Below the pieces are notes generated by a model. The model searched no databases, had not been told where the DNA came from, and saw only the letters and a program-made list of their open reading frames with translations. DNA of 64,000 bases from Marsupella aquatica (taxonomy: Eukaryota; Plantae; Marchantiophyta), in contig OZ316891.1 in the NCBI GenBank assembly GCA_973895155.1, positions 5,241,708-5,305,707 of the forward strand, given 5' to 3'. This document shows, piece by piece, positions 1-12,527 of this stretch. Each line of letters begins with the position of its first letter. Within the stretch, counting starts at the first letter, position 1. The position numbers were made by a program, and so were the translations under genes.

Positions 1-2349
1 AATGGCATCCCACTGCACTCTAACAATCGGAACAGAGTAGATCTTTAGCTCGACGCCATAAGAATTCCGCTCAACAAAAACAACCTGCGGTGTAAACTCA
101 GGCTCACTATCTACTCAGTACGAGATTCGCAGTTACCTGAAACCCTAAACCCTCAAGCTCCCATTATCCTGAGAGCAACCCTCTGGTCTGCGCAATCCAC
201 ACACTCGACGCTTCTTCAGAGGATCTGTAAAGGATGTGAAAAACACTGCAGCGGCCGGCCAAGAACTTCGCCAATCGCCCGATGCCAAACTACGGCACTG
301 CACCAATTCTCTTGACGGGGTTTGGGTGACAGAGGGCAGAGGAAAAGATGGCGGAGGTCAAAGAAGGGGCAGATGAGAGCTCACGGCTGCAGCAGAGCTA
401 TGGAGTTGCTGACTTCTTTGGTGGATTGAGCGACATTTCGTCGATGGTTAAGAATGTGGTGCAATTTTTCTTCGAGCAGCCGCCAGTGCTTTTGCAATGC
501 TGATGCTCCTCTGCTTTCGATCGAGGATACAGAGATACCTCTCAGGATCAGGATCTCAGGAACATAATCATCATGTTAGCCATATTATTCAGAAAATAAT
601 GACTGGATGGATTGGATTGGCATTTGTGTAGGTCCTGTAACTACACATTTTACCCTACCATACCATGACAAACCTTGTTATTCTCTTTAAATCAATGAGT
701 GCACACCACACATTTTATTTTACCATACCATGATAAACCTTGTTATTCTCTTTAAATCAATGAGTGCAGAATTTAAATTATCACATTTTGATGTGTGACA
801 TTTTGATGTGTGATTAGGGGCAGAGATTTTTTGTCCATGGCAACTAATGTACTCTAGTATGGTATAGCAGAAGACATATCAGAGTATGACATATATGGCA
901 TCCTACCATACCATGATAAATCTTGTTATTTTGAGTGCAATGTTTAATTACACTAGAGAAAAATGCCATGCTCTTATCAGTAAGTATAAGTCCGTTTTCC
1001 AATAAGTGATTATCTCTAATCCAATAAAATGATTCTGGTATGTGTCACTAGGCCCAGTTTTAGTGGCCTGATGTCATTTTGTTTGATTCAGATTTCAGCA
1101 GTGAGGACCTCAAGGGCCGGAAAGTTTCTGGGCTTTGCAATTGGATCTCCGCTTACACTGCCATCAGACCTGCCTTAGGGGGGGTTTAGGTATGAAATTC
1201 TCATTGTATAATGTCATGCCAGAGTCCACTTCAGGGCCACAAAAAACTGCGGTCTACATTCAAGACAGCCGTTATGACGGAGCAAGTTGGGGAGGGACCT
1301 CTTTCTGCTTCACCCTCCATTCAAACCCCTTATATGCAGTTGACTAATTATGTTACTCACCTGGAACACAAACCTTGACCATGAGTGATGATGCCATGTT
1401 GTTACATAAAGAATAACTGTAATATCTGACCTATTCCTAAAGTCAAATGATGGCATATGAGTGGTGCAACTTTTTACAAAACAATTTCTAGCCCAATTTC
1501 AAAAATTATGGTCCCTGGACCACAACGTTGGTCTTTGAAAACCCCCACTAACCACATTTCCCAAAATTTGAGTTTAATTGTAACAGCTTTTCACTAAAGT
1601 ACCCCCCAAACCGAGCATTATTACAATCTTGAATTGCCCCCCAAACTAAATTTTTGCTATACTGCCCCCCAAACCGTATACCGATGCTTCTAACCAGACT
1701 TCCGACCACGGAAGCGATCCTATTGGCTATCATGTAACTGCAGTTGATCGACCACCCTTGGTCACACTACCCACAGCCTCATGCACACAGTCTGCACCCT
1801 GCCGCGGCCTAAGGGGCCCAATACCGTGCCCAACTCCCCTTGGGGCCGACTAAATGCCAACCCCTGTCTGGGGCCATTTGAACCCGACTCCCTACAGAAT
1901 CAACAAGTTAATCAAGAAACTGTTGTTGACCGACCCAAAATATTTGGGCAGAAATAAATCCAAAAACAAGATCTAATCAAGATAGCATAAAATGTGTTGG
2001 ATTCAATAAGAGTTATATTTTGCTACAGATATGCCTTTGTATAAATTTCAACATTATCAAAACACTTCAAAAATATCCATTTATTTGAGGTCCTCCCACC
2101 GCATAAGTGACAATGAGATTGATCCCAAACATACTTAAATGAGGCCATTTCTATCGTGCGCAATAAAAATAGACGTTAAAATCTGATGTAAAAAGTTCTT
2201 CCCAAGAGAGGACCAGATCCCTACATCAAAATTCTCAAAATAGAATCTCACAAATTTGTAAGATGAGGACTTGGAAAAAGGTATACATTTCCAATACAAA
2301 TATATTCCAGTTGAGACCGCCATCAGTTGGGAATGCAGTGCAGTGTAAC

Positions 2350-2647
2350 CTCGGGGGTCTCACTATATGGAGACCTCCCCATCACCTGCGACGTTTTTAG
2401 GCCCCGGACCCCCTAAAAATGTAAGAAAATATTTTTATTTTTTAACCCCTATAAAGTTGGAATATTCTTGGAATATTCCAAAAACTGGATTTAAAAGACC
2501 CTAATGTTCTTATAAGTATCAAAATTGAATTAGAAAGACCCTATTGTTCTTCTACAAAAATTCTTAAGTCTTCCCTTAGAACCAATAAAATGACCCTATC
2601 CTTCGTCGCACATGATATGTCAGTTTTGTGGAAGTGAAACCCCCGAG
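2350..2647. mobile_element. MITE family A (TIR CTCGGGGG..TCACT), 8-bp TSD AGTGTAAC
   Basis: Starts CTCGGGGGTCTCACT and ends AGTGAAACCCCCGAG; AGTGTAAC at 2342-2349 and 2648-2655; AT-rich non-coding interior. Confidence 0.85.
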
Positions 2648-3133
2648 AGTGTAACAGAGTAGATGCTCCACATCTAAAGCTTTGAGCCCATTTTCTCTAT
2701 TGCAATGTATCTCCTGTACATAAAACAATATCAATGAGCCTGTATGGATATACAGTCACGCAAATGGTCGCATCACAAAAGTACACACAAATAACATTTC
2801 ATCTACACTATAGCCTTTGATAAGTGACGTCTGTTGAAGTGTTTGATAAAACCTTGATCAGCATGTCTCTCCACGTACAAATACTCCCATATTTCCTCGT
2901 TCATAGCCCAATCTCAATGTAAATTTCTAATCAACCAAATGGGATAATTGGACTTGTTAGCAAACAAAAGACTGTAAAGCCCTAAATCTGACAGTTTTTG
3001 TAAATATGGAATGAGGTTTTCCCTCAAAAAGACATCATCCAAGGATCCTTGAAATGTCTTTGGAAACAATAATCCGCACACAGATGTCTAGCATACAGTA
3101 TGGGATGGACAGGCATCAATCTAGATTATATTC

Positions 3134-6078
3134 AGTGGACCTTGCCACCCAGCGCCCTCTCCAATCCCAACACCCACACCTAAGTGCCCCTGGTGCCCGA
3201 ACGCCTCCACGAAATACCTCGAGCAAGCAACCTGGTGTCCCTTGCACTGCTTGCAGCCCCTCCCATATAAAATCATGGTTGCCTCTAAACTCGACCGCTA
3301 CTCAACGGTCCTCTCTGTCTGCACAAGCAACCAAACATCTTGGTAAGTAACCCCTCAAGATCTAGATCTCCCAATCCTAGCATCATAACTCAAGCTCAAT
3401 AGACATTGGTAAGTAGGTCAACGATAGGTCCTCCCGATTCCATAAGCCGGAACCACAACCGACACCCACTGTACGTTCATCCAGAATAGCTCCTTCCTTA
3501 GGTGCAGCCTGGGTTTCCCCTTGTACCTATCCATCACCAACTGACCGCCCTGCCCCCAGGACATGCTCATGGCCCAAATAGCGTAGCTTATCCTAAAGCC
3601 TTCCCAAGCTTGTCCCAACAAGTTGGGACCAAAATGGCCCTGACTCTAGCAACCAACTCCCGGTTCTCGCCCCACTGATGGTCTAGGGTCCAAGACAGTA
3701 CCTTGGAACTCATCCTCCATGCCTACTTGGCCTTGCCTCCCCAATGCAAGCTCCCTTGAGAGACTGAACGCGGCTTGGCTGCTGTTTTGGCAGGATTTGG
3801 CAAACGGGCGAGATAGCCCCCGCAAACCCCAAGAATCTATGGTGCCCCCAAACCCAATTGAGCTCAAGAGGATATAGCCCTCCTTGAGAGCTTTCCAGCA
3901 CACCCAAGAAGTCCTCTAATGGACTTCCCATTTGGAAATTATCGTCATTTTTGTTTGACATTTTCCCTTAGTGTTGCGACTGCCGCGGCCCACAACTTTG
4001 GCTCGCCCTTAGCCCCAAGGGAGACACCACTCCCCTCATATATGCTTATGAAGACCTTCCACACCTGGACCAACTTTTGGCCCCCCACCTGGACCCCAAC
4101 CCACTTGTCTGGGTGTGCCACCAACTAACAATGCCCATGCCCATAACTTTCTAGTTAGGAGTCGCGGAACTCGACTACCTTAACACTTAGCTCCGGCGTC
4201 GCTGACTCCCTCGCCGAGCTCCCTTATGGTCCAGGCCCGGATAGGCCATCTGGGGAGGACTTAGCATGGGAAGACTTGTGGACAATGAGACGTGGCACTG
4301 GCGAGGCAAGGGGCCAAGCTGGGAACACACACTAAGGACTTGGACTAGCCTATGGCTGGTCGGGTCAAGGGGAAATGGGCCGGGCTCAAGGATGGCCGTC
4401 CGGACCGTCGGATGGACTTTGAGTTCTAAGGGCTTGGGAGTGAGCTCCTCTTGGGCCCGATCCGGGTTGGGCCGGTCGAGGACCCCAAGCGGCAATCAGA
4501 CCTGAGGGCCTAGGCATGAGCACTGGGTCGGCCCGGTCACAACGGGCTAAGGCACTCCGCTTGCAGATGCCTATCAAGAAAGTTATGGGCGTTGCCAGTT
4601 GGTGGCGCGCCCATTATGCGTGATGTGATCCGGGTTGGGGGCCAAATGTTTAGGGACCAAAGTTGGTCCGGGGGTGGCAGGTCTCCAGAAGTATATATGA
4701 GGGGAGTGGTGTCTCCCTGGGGGCTAAGGGCGAGCCGAAGTCGTGAGTCGCGGTGGTCGCGACACTAAGGGAAACCGCCAAACGGAAACGACGATATTTT
4801 CCCAACGGGAAGTTCGTTGGAGGACTTTTTAGGTGCGTTGGAAAGCTCTTGAAGAGGGCGTACCTGAGCTCAGCTGGGTCTGGGGGTGCCATGGGTTCTC
4901 ATGGTTTGCGGGTTAGCTCGCCCGTGTGCCAAATCTTGCCGAACAGCAGCCAAGCCGCGTTCAGCCTCCCAAGGGAGCTTGCGTGGGGGAGGCAAGGCCA
5001 AGTAGGTATGGAGGCTTAGTCCCAAGGGCGCTCAGCCCCTAGACCATTAGTGGGGCAAACCGGGAGGAGGTGTTAGAGTCGGGGCCGTTCTGGTCCCGGC
5101 GCGTTGAGACAAGCTTGGGACAAACTATAGGACAAGCTACACTATTTGGGCCATGAGCATGTTCTGAGGTCAGGGCGATTAGTTGGTGATGGATAGGTAC
5201 GAGGGGGAACCCGGGCCGCGCCCAAGGAAGGAGCTGTCCTTGACGGACAGAGGGCATGGATTCTGGTTCTAGCTTATGGTATCGGGAGGACCTATCGCTG
5301 ACCTATTTACCAACGTCTATTGAGCTTGAGTTAGGATGCTAGACTTGGCGAGTTCTAGATCCGGAGGGATTACTTACCAAGGTGCTTGGTTGCTTGTGCA
5401 GACAATGAGGACCGTTGAGTAGTGGTGGTGTGGGTGAGCAAGTGCGGCTTCGTATGGGAGGGGCCGCAGGTTGTGCTAGAGGCGCTTGGTTGCTTGCTTG
5501 AGGTATTCCATGGAGGTGTTCGGGCACCAAGGGCACTTAGGCGCAAGTGTTGGGATTGGTGAGGGCGCTGGGTGGCGAGGTCCACCACTTTAGACGTCTG
5601 TAGGCAGAGTGCCTTAGCCCGTTGTGATTGGGATGACCAAGTGCTCATGCCTAGGCCCTCAGATCCCATCGTTGCCTAGGACCCCCGATTAGCCAAACCC
5701 CGGATCGGGCCATAATTTGTGCCCCAAGCGTCCGTTGCCCATGGAGTCAACTCCATTGGCCTTGGGCCCAAGAGGAGCTCTCACTCAAGCCCTCAAAACT
5801 CAAAGTCTGTCTGGGGGTCCAGACGGTTGACCTTGAGCCTGACCCTTTCCCCCTTGACTCGACCAGCCCTCAGTCCTGCCCTCAGTTAATCTAAGTCCTT
5901 AGTGTGTGTCACTAGCTTAACGCCTTGCCTTTGCTAGTGCCACGCCCCATTGCCCACAAGTCTCCCAATGCTAAGTCCTCCCCGGATGGCCTATCCGGGC
6001 TTGGACCATATTAAGGAAGCTCGGCATGGGAGTCAGTGACGCCGGAGCTAAGTGTTAAGGTAGTCGAGTTCCGCAACT
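3134..6078 (-). mobile_element. Solo LTR of the AGT...ACT family (reverse orientation), interrupted by a second copy of the same LTR
   Basis: 3134-4159 plus 5595-6078 together are the reverse complement of the LTR at 8574-10384; flanks TATTC/TATTG (4/5 match TSD). Confidence 0.75.
4160..5589 (+). mobile_element. Solo LTR of the AGT...ACT family, nested in opposite orientation
   Basis: Begins AGTCGCGGAACT and ends GGTCCACCACT; flanks TTAGG (4155-4159) and TTAGA (5590-5594); colinear with 8574-10384. Confidence 0.8.
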
Positions 6079-6760
6079 TATTGTTGTTCCTTTGAGTCCT
6101 GCTTGGAGCTACCCAACAATAAAATTTGGAGTGACCATCGCGCTGATGCAATACAGGCTCCACCGTGCTGCTCCAACGTTCACCTCAATCCACCAATCCC
6201 TTGAGCGGGCACTAAGCTGTTGGGGATAATCCCTATCCCGAGACACCATGCACATGAGAACACCATACAAAGTAGTCGACACAGTGAGTACGTGGTTCAC
6301 CTCATGACCGAGGCTACGTCCACGGGAAAGCAAGAGACCTTTACTTCTCTCTTGCTCAACTCCAACAATGAACTGAAGATCCACCAGGGACTGGCACCAG
6401 CCCTGGCTATATACACAACGGCACTACCGCTAACCTTAGCTAAGTCCTAACTTGAGTTAGCCTAACTGTGGTTAGCTCAAGAGTCACAAGACTAAGAGCA
6501 ATACTTAACATGAGCAACTCTTTGCAAAGCACAATGTGAACCCGGATGTGAGCACACTCCAAGCAGGACTCAAAGGAATGAGAGATTTTGGAAATGCTTC
6601 ATAGATTTGCACAGGAGATAAACAAGAGATCAATGATAGAGTCAATTGTGGCGATCGGGAGCACCAACCTTTCAAGAATTCTTCTCTATGCATTCTTCTC
6701 TATATGCACCTAGATTGAGAGCACTAGCCTTCCAAAAACTACGCATGATGAACCTAGCCT

Positions 6761-7888
6761 CTCCGGGCCCTTAACTTACGTAATCCCAAAAACATGTGCG
6801 CCCACTTGAAGGGTATTTTTAATCCATTTCCGGCTAATAATTATAATTCCAGTTAGAACCAACCAACCTCGCAACTTTTTACAAATTTGGGTTTATAAGG
6901 AAGAAGGGTTGTGGCATACTAATTCAGCCAAAGGGGTCCTATAATGTATGTGACATGCATCATTGTATAAGGGGGCCATGTGGCAAGGTCTCATTGGAAC
7001 ATAGTCAGTGTCCCAAGTGAGTCACTCTATACTATATAGACCCATATCTTAGCTTGATTATCTGGTTTGTAATCCCGTTTGTAATAGTCTCTCAAATGTA
7101 GAGTGTAAGGCCAGCGCAGGCAATCCCCATGCTTGTGGGGATGTTGCCACTGCCCACCTACTGCCTACCTATCCATGTCTTGTCCATAGTCTTGCCTATA
7201 CTAGTTTAGCCAAATTGGTATAACATATCTAAATTGTGTGCGTGATTACAGTATGCCCATTAGGGCCATGTATGCATCATTTTTGTCTGAAAAACTTGTG
7301 TATCTCAAATTGGATCTTGTATGTTAGCCTCAAGGGGGGGGGGGGTCACTTCCACGGAAGTGACACATCACGTGCGACGAAGTATACGCCCATTTAAATG
7401 GGTGTGGCGGAAGACTTCTAAAGTTTTGTGGAAGAACACATGGGGCATGTTTTATTGATTGGTTGACTTTAAAGAACACAAACGCTTATTCAATTGTAAA
7501 AATACTTTCTTTAAAGTTTTTAGGGGTTTTTTTAGTAAAAAATGACAAAATTTTAAGAAAAAAAGGGTTTTACAAAAAAAAATCACTTATAAGTTAGGGG
7601 GGTCAAACCCTAAAACGTCGCACGCGATGTATGGCCCTCCCTATAGTGACCCCTTCGAGATGTTAGCCCTATCTTTGGTTTTCCTTATTATAATTCCTCA
7701 ATGGGTTTTCAAATATAGATTTTATCAGTTTTATAAGGCACCTAAGGGTGTAAAAAATTATCAAAAACTAATTTTGTACATGGAACAAGGTTAATGTATA
7801 TATGAAAGAAAAAATACTAAGAAGGGGTATGCAAGGGGGGTACGAGTACAGGGGGTACAATTAGTATACATAGAGTGAGGGCCCAGGG
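6761..7888. mobile_element. MITE/non-autonomous TIR element family B (TIR CCCTGGGCCCTCA), degenerate
   Basis: Right TIR TGAGGGCCCAGGG ends 7888; degenerate left TIR CTCCGGGCCCTTA at 6761; TSD unclear; contains a family A MITE. Confidence 0.45.
7329..7659. mobile_element. MITE family A, 8-bp TSD ATGTTAGC
   Basis: CTCAAGGGG..TCACT / AGTGACCCCTTCGAG termini; ATGTTAGC at 7321-7328 and 7660-7667. Confidence 0.8.
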
Positions 7889-8573
7889 CCTACTTAGCCT
7901 AGACTTTGCGCGCGTCAACTTCAAAATTAAGAGTTAGCACGCAGTGAAAAGGAGACTTCTCCCTCACGCTATAAGAAAAGGACAAGAACAGCTCCGGCCC
8001 CCAGTCCCCCACCACTCCTTACAGCCAGGCATTAAAGGTCAACGTTCAAAATGGCCCTCAAATGGCACTCAATGATGGAAACATACAAAGGACTTATCAT
8101 TAGGCCACAATGTACGCGTTGTCTTTGCCTTTAGAACCTATTTAAGGACATTGTGTCAGAAAAAGTCCTTGGTAGTTGAAAGATAGCGCAATCTTGGCCA
8201 CCCATTAGGAAAAGGATTGAAAGCACCCTACTCCTTTTCCAATGTCCTTATTTCCTCATTTGGTACCCCCAATCTTGCTTTGGACCACTCCAACAACACG
8301 TGAAACTTATGCATTCTTGACATCCAGTTGCGACCGACAATAGACACGAAACGACATTCCATGCACAACACTTACCACAATTTCCCAAAAACCAGATTAT
8401 GCAATGACCCACTGCAATACCCACTGCAAGACGGTTTTGAACAGATCAATCTATTCATTAAAAGTGTATTATTATTCAATTTATGAACATTTGGGCAATA
8501 GAAAGTATAGTACAATTGGCTTTCAAAAAGTGTACATTTGGGCAAGAAATAAAGGTGATGGCCATTAGATTTA

Positions 8574-10939
8574 AGTCGCGGAACTTCACTACCTTATCAC
8601 TTAGCTCCGGTGTTGCTGACTCCGACGCCGAGCTCCCTTATGGTCCAGGCCCGGATAGGCCATCCAGGGAGGACTTAGCATGGAGAGACTAGTGGGCAAT
8701 GAGACGTGGCACTAGCGAAGGCAAGGATGGGGGCAAGGAGCCAAGCTGGTGACACACACTAAGGACTTAGGCGAGGTGAGAGCTGGTCAGGTCAAAGAAA
8801 AAGGGGCCGGACTCAAGGTCGACCATCGGGCCCCCCGGACAGACTTTGAGTTCTGAGGGCTTGAGTGTGAGCTCCTCTTGGGCCCAAGGCCAATGGAGTT
8901 GATGCCATGGGCAATGAACGCTTGGGGCGTGAGTTATGGCCCGATCCGGGTTTGGCCGATCGGGGACCGCAAGCGGCAATGAGACCTGAGAGCCTAGGCA
9001 TGAGCACTGGGTCGGCCCGATCACAACGAGCTAAGGCACTCCGCTTGCGGACGGCTAACGAGAAAGTTATGGACGTTGCCAGTTGGTGACGCGCCCGCTA
9101 TGCGCGATAGGATCCGAGTTGGAGGCCAAATGTTTAGGGACCAAAGTTGGTCCGGGGGTGGCAGGTTTCCAAAAGCATATATGAGGGGAGTGGTGTCTCC
9201 CTGGGGGCCAAGGGCGAGCCAAAGTCGTGAGCTGCGGCGGTCTCGACACTAAGGGAAAGCGCCAAACGGAAACGATGAAATCTTCCCAACGGGAAGTCCG
9301 TTGGAGAACTTCTTGGGTGCGTTGGAAATCTCTCAAGGAGGGCTACGTCCTCCTGAGCTCAGCTGGGTCTAGGGGCGCCATGGGTTCTCGAGGTTTGTGG
9401 GTGTTAGCTCGCCCGCTTGCCAAATCCTGCCGAACAGCAGCCAAGCCGCATTCAGTCTCCCAAGGGAGCTTGCGTTGGGGAAGCAAGGCCAAGTACACGT
9501 GGGGGTTGAGTTCCAAGGGTGCTTGGCCCCTAGACCATTAGTGGGGCGAGAACCGGGAGTTGGTTGCTAGAGTTGGGGCCATTCTGGTCCCGGTGTGTTG
9601 GGACAAGCTTGGGACAAGCTTTAGAACAAGCTATGCTATTTGGGCCCCCGGGGTCCTCACTTATTTCCTTTCTACCCATCACAAAAAACTAAGTATAGGG
9701 TTTGTTTATTCGGTTGAGAAGAATACTTTTAAATTTCTATAGAAGAACATTAGGGTTTTTAAAATCCAATTTTGAGAATTATAAGAGAATATAGGGTTTT
9801 AGAAATGATTTTTAGAATATTCCAAAAAGATAGGGGTAAAAAAATAGTTCAAAAAAACTTTTTTTTCTTATTTTTTAGGGTGTTTAATAGCTAAAAAATC
9901 GAGCGTGTTATGGGACCCCTTTTAGAGTGAGGCCCCCGAGTTTGGGCCATGAGCATGTACTGGGGTCAGGGCAGTTAGTTGGTGATGGATAGGTACAAGG
10001 GGGAACCCGGGCCACGCCCAATGAAGGAGTTGTTCTGGACGAACAGTGGGCGTGGGTTCTAGTTCCGGCTTATGGCATTGGGAGGACCTATCGCTGACCT
10101 ATTTACCAATGTCTGTTGAGCTTGAGTTAGGATGCTAGACTTGGCGAGTTCTAGATCCTGAAGGGTTACTTACCGAGGTGCTTGGTTGCTTGTGCAAACA
10201 ATGAGGACCATTGAGTAGCGGTCGTGTTGGAGAGCAAGTGCGACTTTGTATAGGAGGGGCCGCTGGCGATGCAAGGGGCACTAGGTTGCTTGTTCAAGGT
10301 ATTCCATGGAGGCGTTTGGGCACCAGGGGCACTTAGGCGTGAGTGATGGGATTGGTGAGGGCGCTGGGTGGCAGGTCCACCACTTGTGGTATTAGAGCGA
10401 TTGCCGGCATAGACACCCCGGCCAAGGTTGTGCTAGGTCGGAATCCAAAACTCTTAATGGATTTTTGCGGGGACTCAATGCTTCAACGTGTCCGGCAGGT
10501 TGACTGCGGGCAGAATCGGTCGCTGGGAACATGGATAAAAACACTCAATCAAAGAGTGGCAAACAGGCGCCCAAGGAAGGAGCTATTCTGGATGAACAGT
10601 GGGTGTGGGTTCTGGTTTCACCTTATGGCATCGGGAGGACCTATCGCTGACCTATTTACCAACGTCTATTGAGTTTGAGTTAGGATGCTAGACTTGCGAG
10701 TTCTAGATCCTGAAGGGTTACTCACCGAGGTGCTTGGTTGCTTGTGCAAACAATGAGGACCGTTGAGTAGCGGTCGTGTTGGAGAGCAAGTGCGGCTTTG
10801 TATGGGAGGGGCCGTTGGCGGTGCAAGGGGCACTAGGTTGCTTGCTCGAGGTATTCTGTGGAGGTGTTTGTCGGGCCCCAGGGGCACTTAGGCGTGAGTG
10901 TTGGGATTGGTGAGGGCGCTGGGTGGCAGGTCCACCACT
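8574..10939 (+). mobile_element. Internally deleted LTR retrotransposon with AGT...ACT LTR termini: 5' LTR 8574-10384, PBS 10387-10398, 5'-truncated 3' LTR ~10568-10939
   Basis: Perfect 5-bp TSD ATTTA (8569-8573, 10940-10944); PBS TGGTATTAGAGC (initiator tRNA-Met type TGGTATCAGAGC) 2 nt after the LTR end; direct repeat of the LTR 3' part. Confidence 0.8.
9647..9940. mobile_element. MITE family A inserted in the LTR, 8-bp TSD TTTGGGCC
   Basis: CCCGGGGTCCTCACT / AGTGAGGCCCCCGAG termini; TTTGGGCC at 9639-9646 and 9941-9948; absent from the LTR copy at 4160-5589. Confidence 0.9.
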
Positions 10940-11580
10940 ATTTACCACCATGTTCATCCTTTGTAAATGAACTAGGATGAGACTCCTCCTAGTAAAGATC
11001 ATTTTGTCCCCTTAAGTTACAATTGACCATTTAATTAGGTGAAGAGTATTGTACTATAGTATACCATTTGGGGTTAAAAAGTGTACATTTAGAGACCAGA
11101 AAGTGAACATTTAGAGGCCTCAAAGTGAACAAAATAAAATACACTTTTAATGAATAGGGTGATACAGCCAATTTACAACAACATTCACAGGCAGGAAGAC
11201 AAGAACTTAATTAGCTTACCCGGTGGTCACTTGTTACGTGGCGCGGTGACGCAGATGCTACCATTAAACACTTTCTTTGGTGGCGTTCTAGCTATTATCT
11301 CTCACCCTTGTCGACCACACGCCATTGAATCCCTCCCAGACAAAGGGGAGATCCACCAAGTGCAAATGCCAATTACTATTGAGGATTTGATGTTCCCGAG
11401 TTTCTTTGTTGTCCTTCGATGCACACATTTTTCTTTAATACATGCTACTCACCCAATTTCCATCATGTTCCCCCCCCATGCCCCTTCCTCCCTCAACAAC
11501 CAATTTCTAAGTCTTCCTCACACAATTCTTATTCTAACAAATGAATGCCGCTTACACACTTCAAGCGCAAACCATACGAA

Positions 11581-12527
11581 CCCTGGGCCCTCAGCTTATG
11601 AAATAAAAAAACATGCGTGCAAACATTTGACAAATATTTTAAATCTATTTTGAAAATAATATTAGAACAAGGTTAGAATGAACTAGGGCACCATATATGC
11701 GTAGTCCTCGGGGGGTTAACTTAGTGTATATTTTGGGGTACCACGTGCAATCTTAGCCTAATATAAACACACCTATTTTATAATGGTAATATTCTAAAAA
11801 TATTCTCTATTTTCAATACTAATGACCTATTTTACTTTATAAAAGGTATATATTACAGAATATTCTACAAATATAGGTTTAGAATACCTTCTTTTGCTTC
11901 CTACCCTTTAAAAAAATTTAGCTAATTTATATGAAAAATACCTATTTTGGATCGCACGTGGTTCCTAAGATTGTTGATAGTCAACCCCCCCGAGGCGTAG
12001 TCTAGGTTAGAAGGAATGAAAACTATTGTAAATTTGGTTGCCCGTTACATTAGTTGGTGGGGTATGTAAATACTCCATGATAGGTGTCAACATTAATTTT
12101 GATTGGTCCATGTGTCGTAGTCTCATTGGTTTAGGGTATATGATATGGTTAGTCTCTTGTACCAGTTCTCACATGAGAACCCTAAACCCTAAACCCCCTT
12201 CCCAACCCTCTCATATTTGGGTGTAACCTGGGTTTTGGGTTCTTGGAGTCGTTCAATGTTGCCCTAGAATGGACGGCCCAATGTGAAAAAGATGCTTATA
12301 TGCATCATCTAAACCTTGTTTTTATAACAAATGAAGGGTATTTTAAATCCTAAAATATCAAACTAAGATTATAATAACCTAGGAGGATTTTATATAGGAC
12401 TAAAATTTCTTTTTAGAACTGACAAGATAGATTTAAATGTTCGGACTCCAAAATATAAAAAGGCGTACCTGGGAAGGCTTTGGTCACAGGTGTATCTCAT
12501 TACATTTTGCTTAGTGAGGGCCCAGGG
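11581..12527. mobile_element. TIR element family B (CCCTGGGCCCTCA), 8-bp TSD CATACGAA/CATACAAA
   Basis: Perfect 13-bp TIRs; 7/8 matching TSD; contains a family A-like MITE. Confidence 0.8.
11707..11994. mobile_element. MITE family A-like, 8-bp TSD GCGTAGTC
   Basis: CTCGGGGGGTT / AACCCCCCCGAG termini; GCGTAGTC at 11699-11706 and 11995-12002. Confidence 0.85.

Larger units (their letters stand above)
8445..11163. mobile_element. MITE family C (TIR ATCA.YCTATTCATTAAAAGTG), 4-bp TSD ACAG; host of the LTR element at 8574-10939
   Basis: TIRs at 8445 and 11163; ACAG at 8441-8444 and 11164-11167; uninterrupted relative at 63277-63597. Confidence 0.8.

Noticed and set aside
85-136. Possible short minus-strand intron and telo-box (AAACCCTA) at the window start
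   Set aside because: Could be the 5' UTR of a gene outside the window, but no coding sequence is visible to support it
3054-11002. Many recurring 60-110 aa ORFs (e.g. ATQRP.QSQH..., QATKHLGK, GSPLAPRETPLPSY)
   Set aside because: They are translations of GC-rich LTR copies; frames and stops are not conserved between copies
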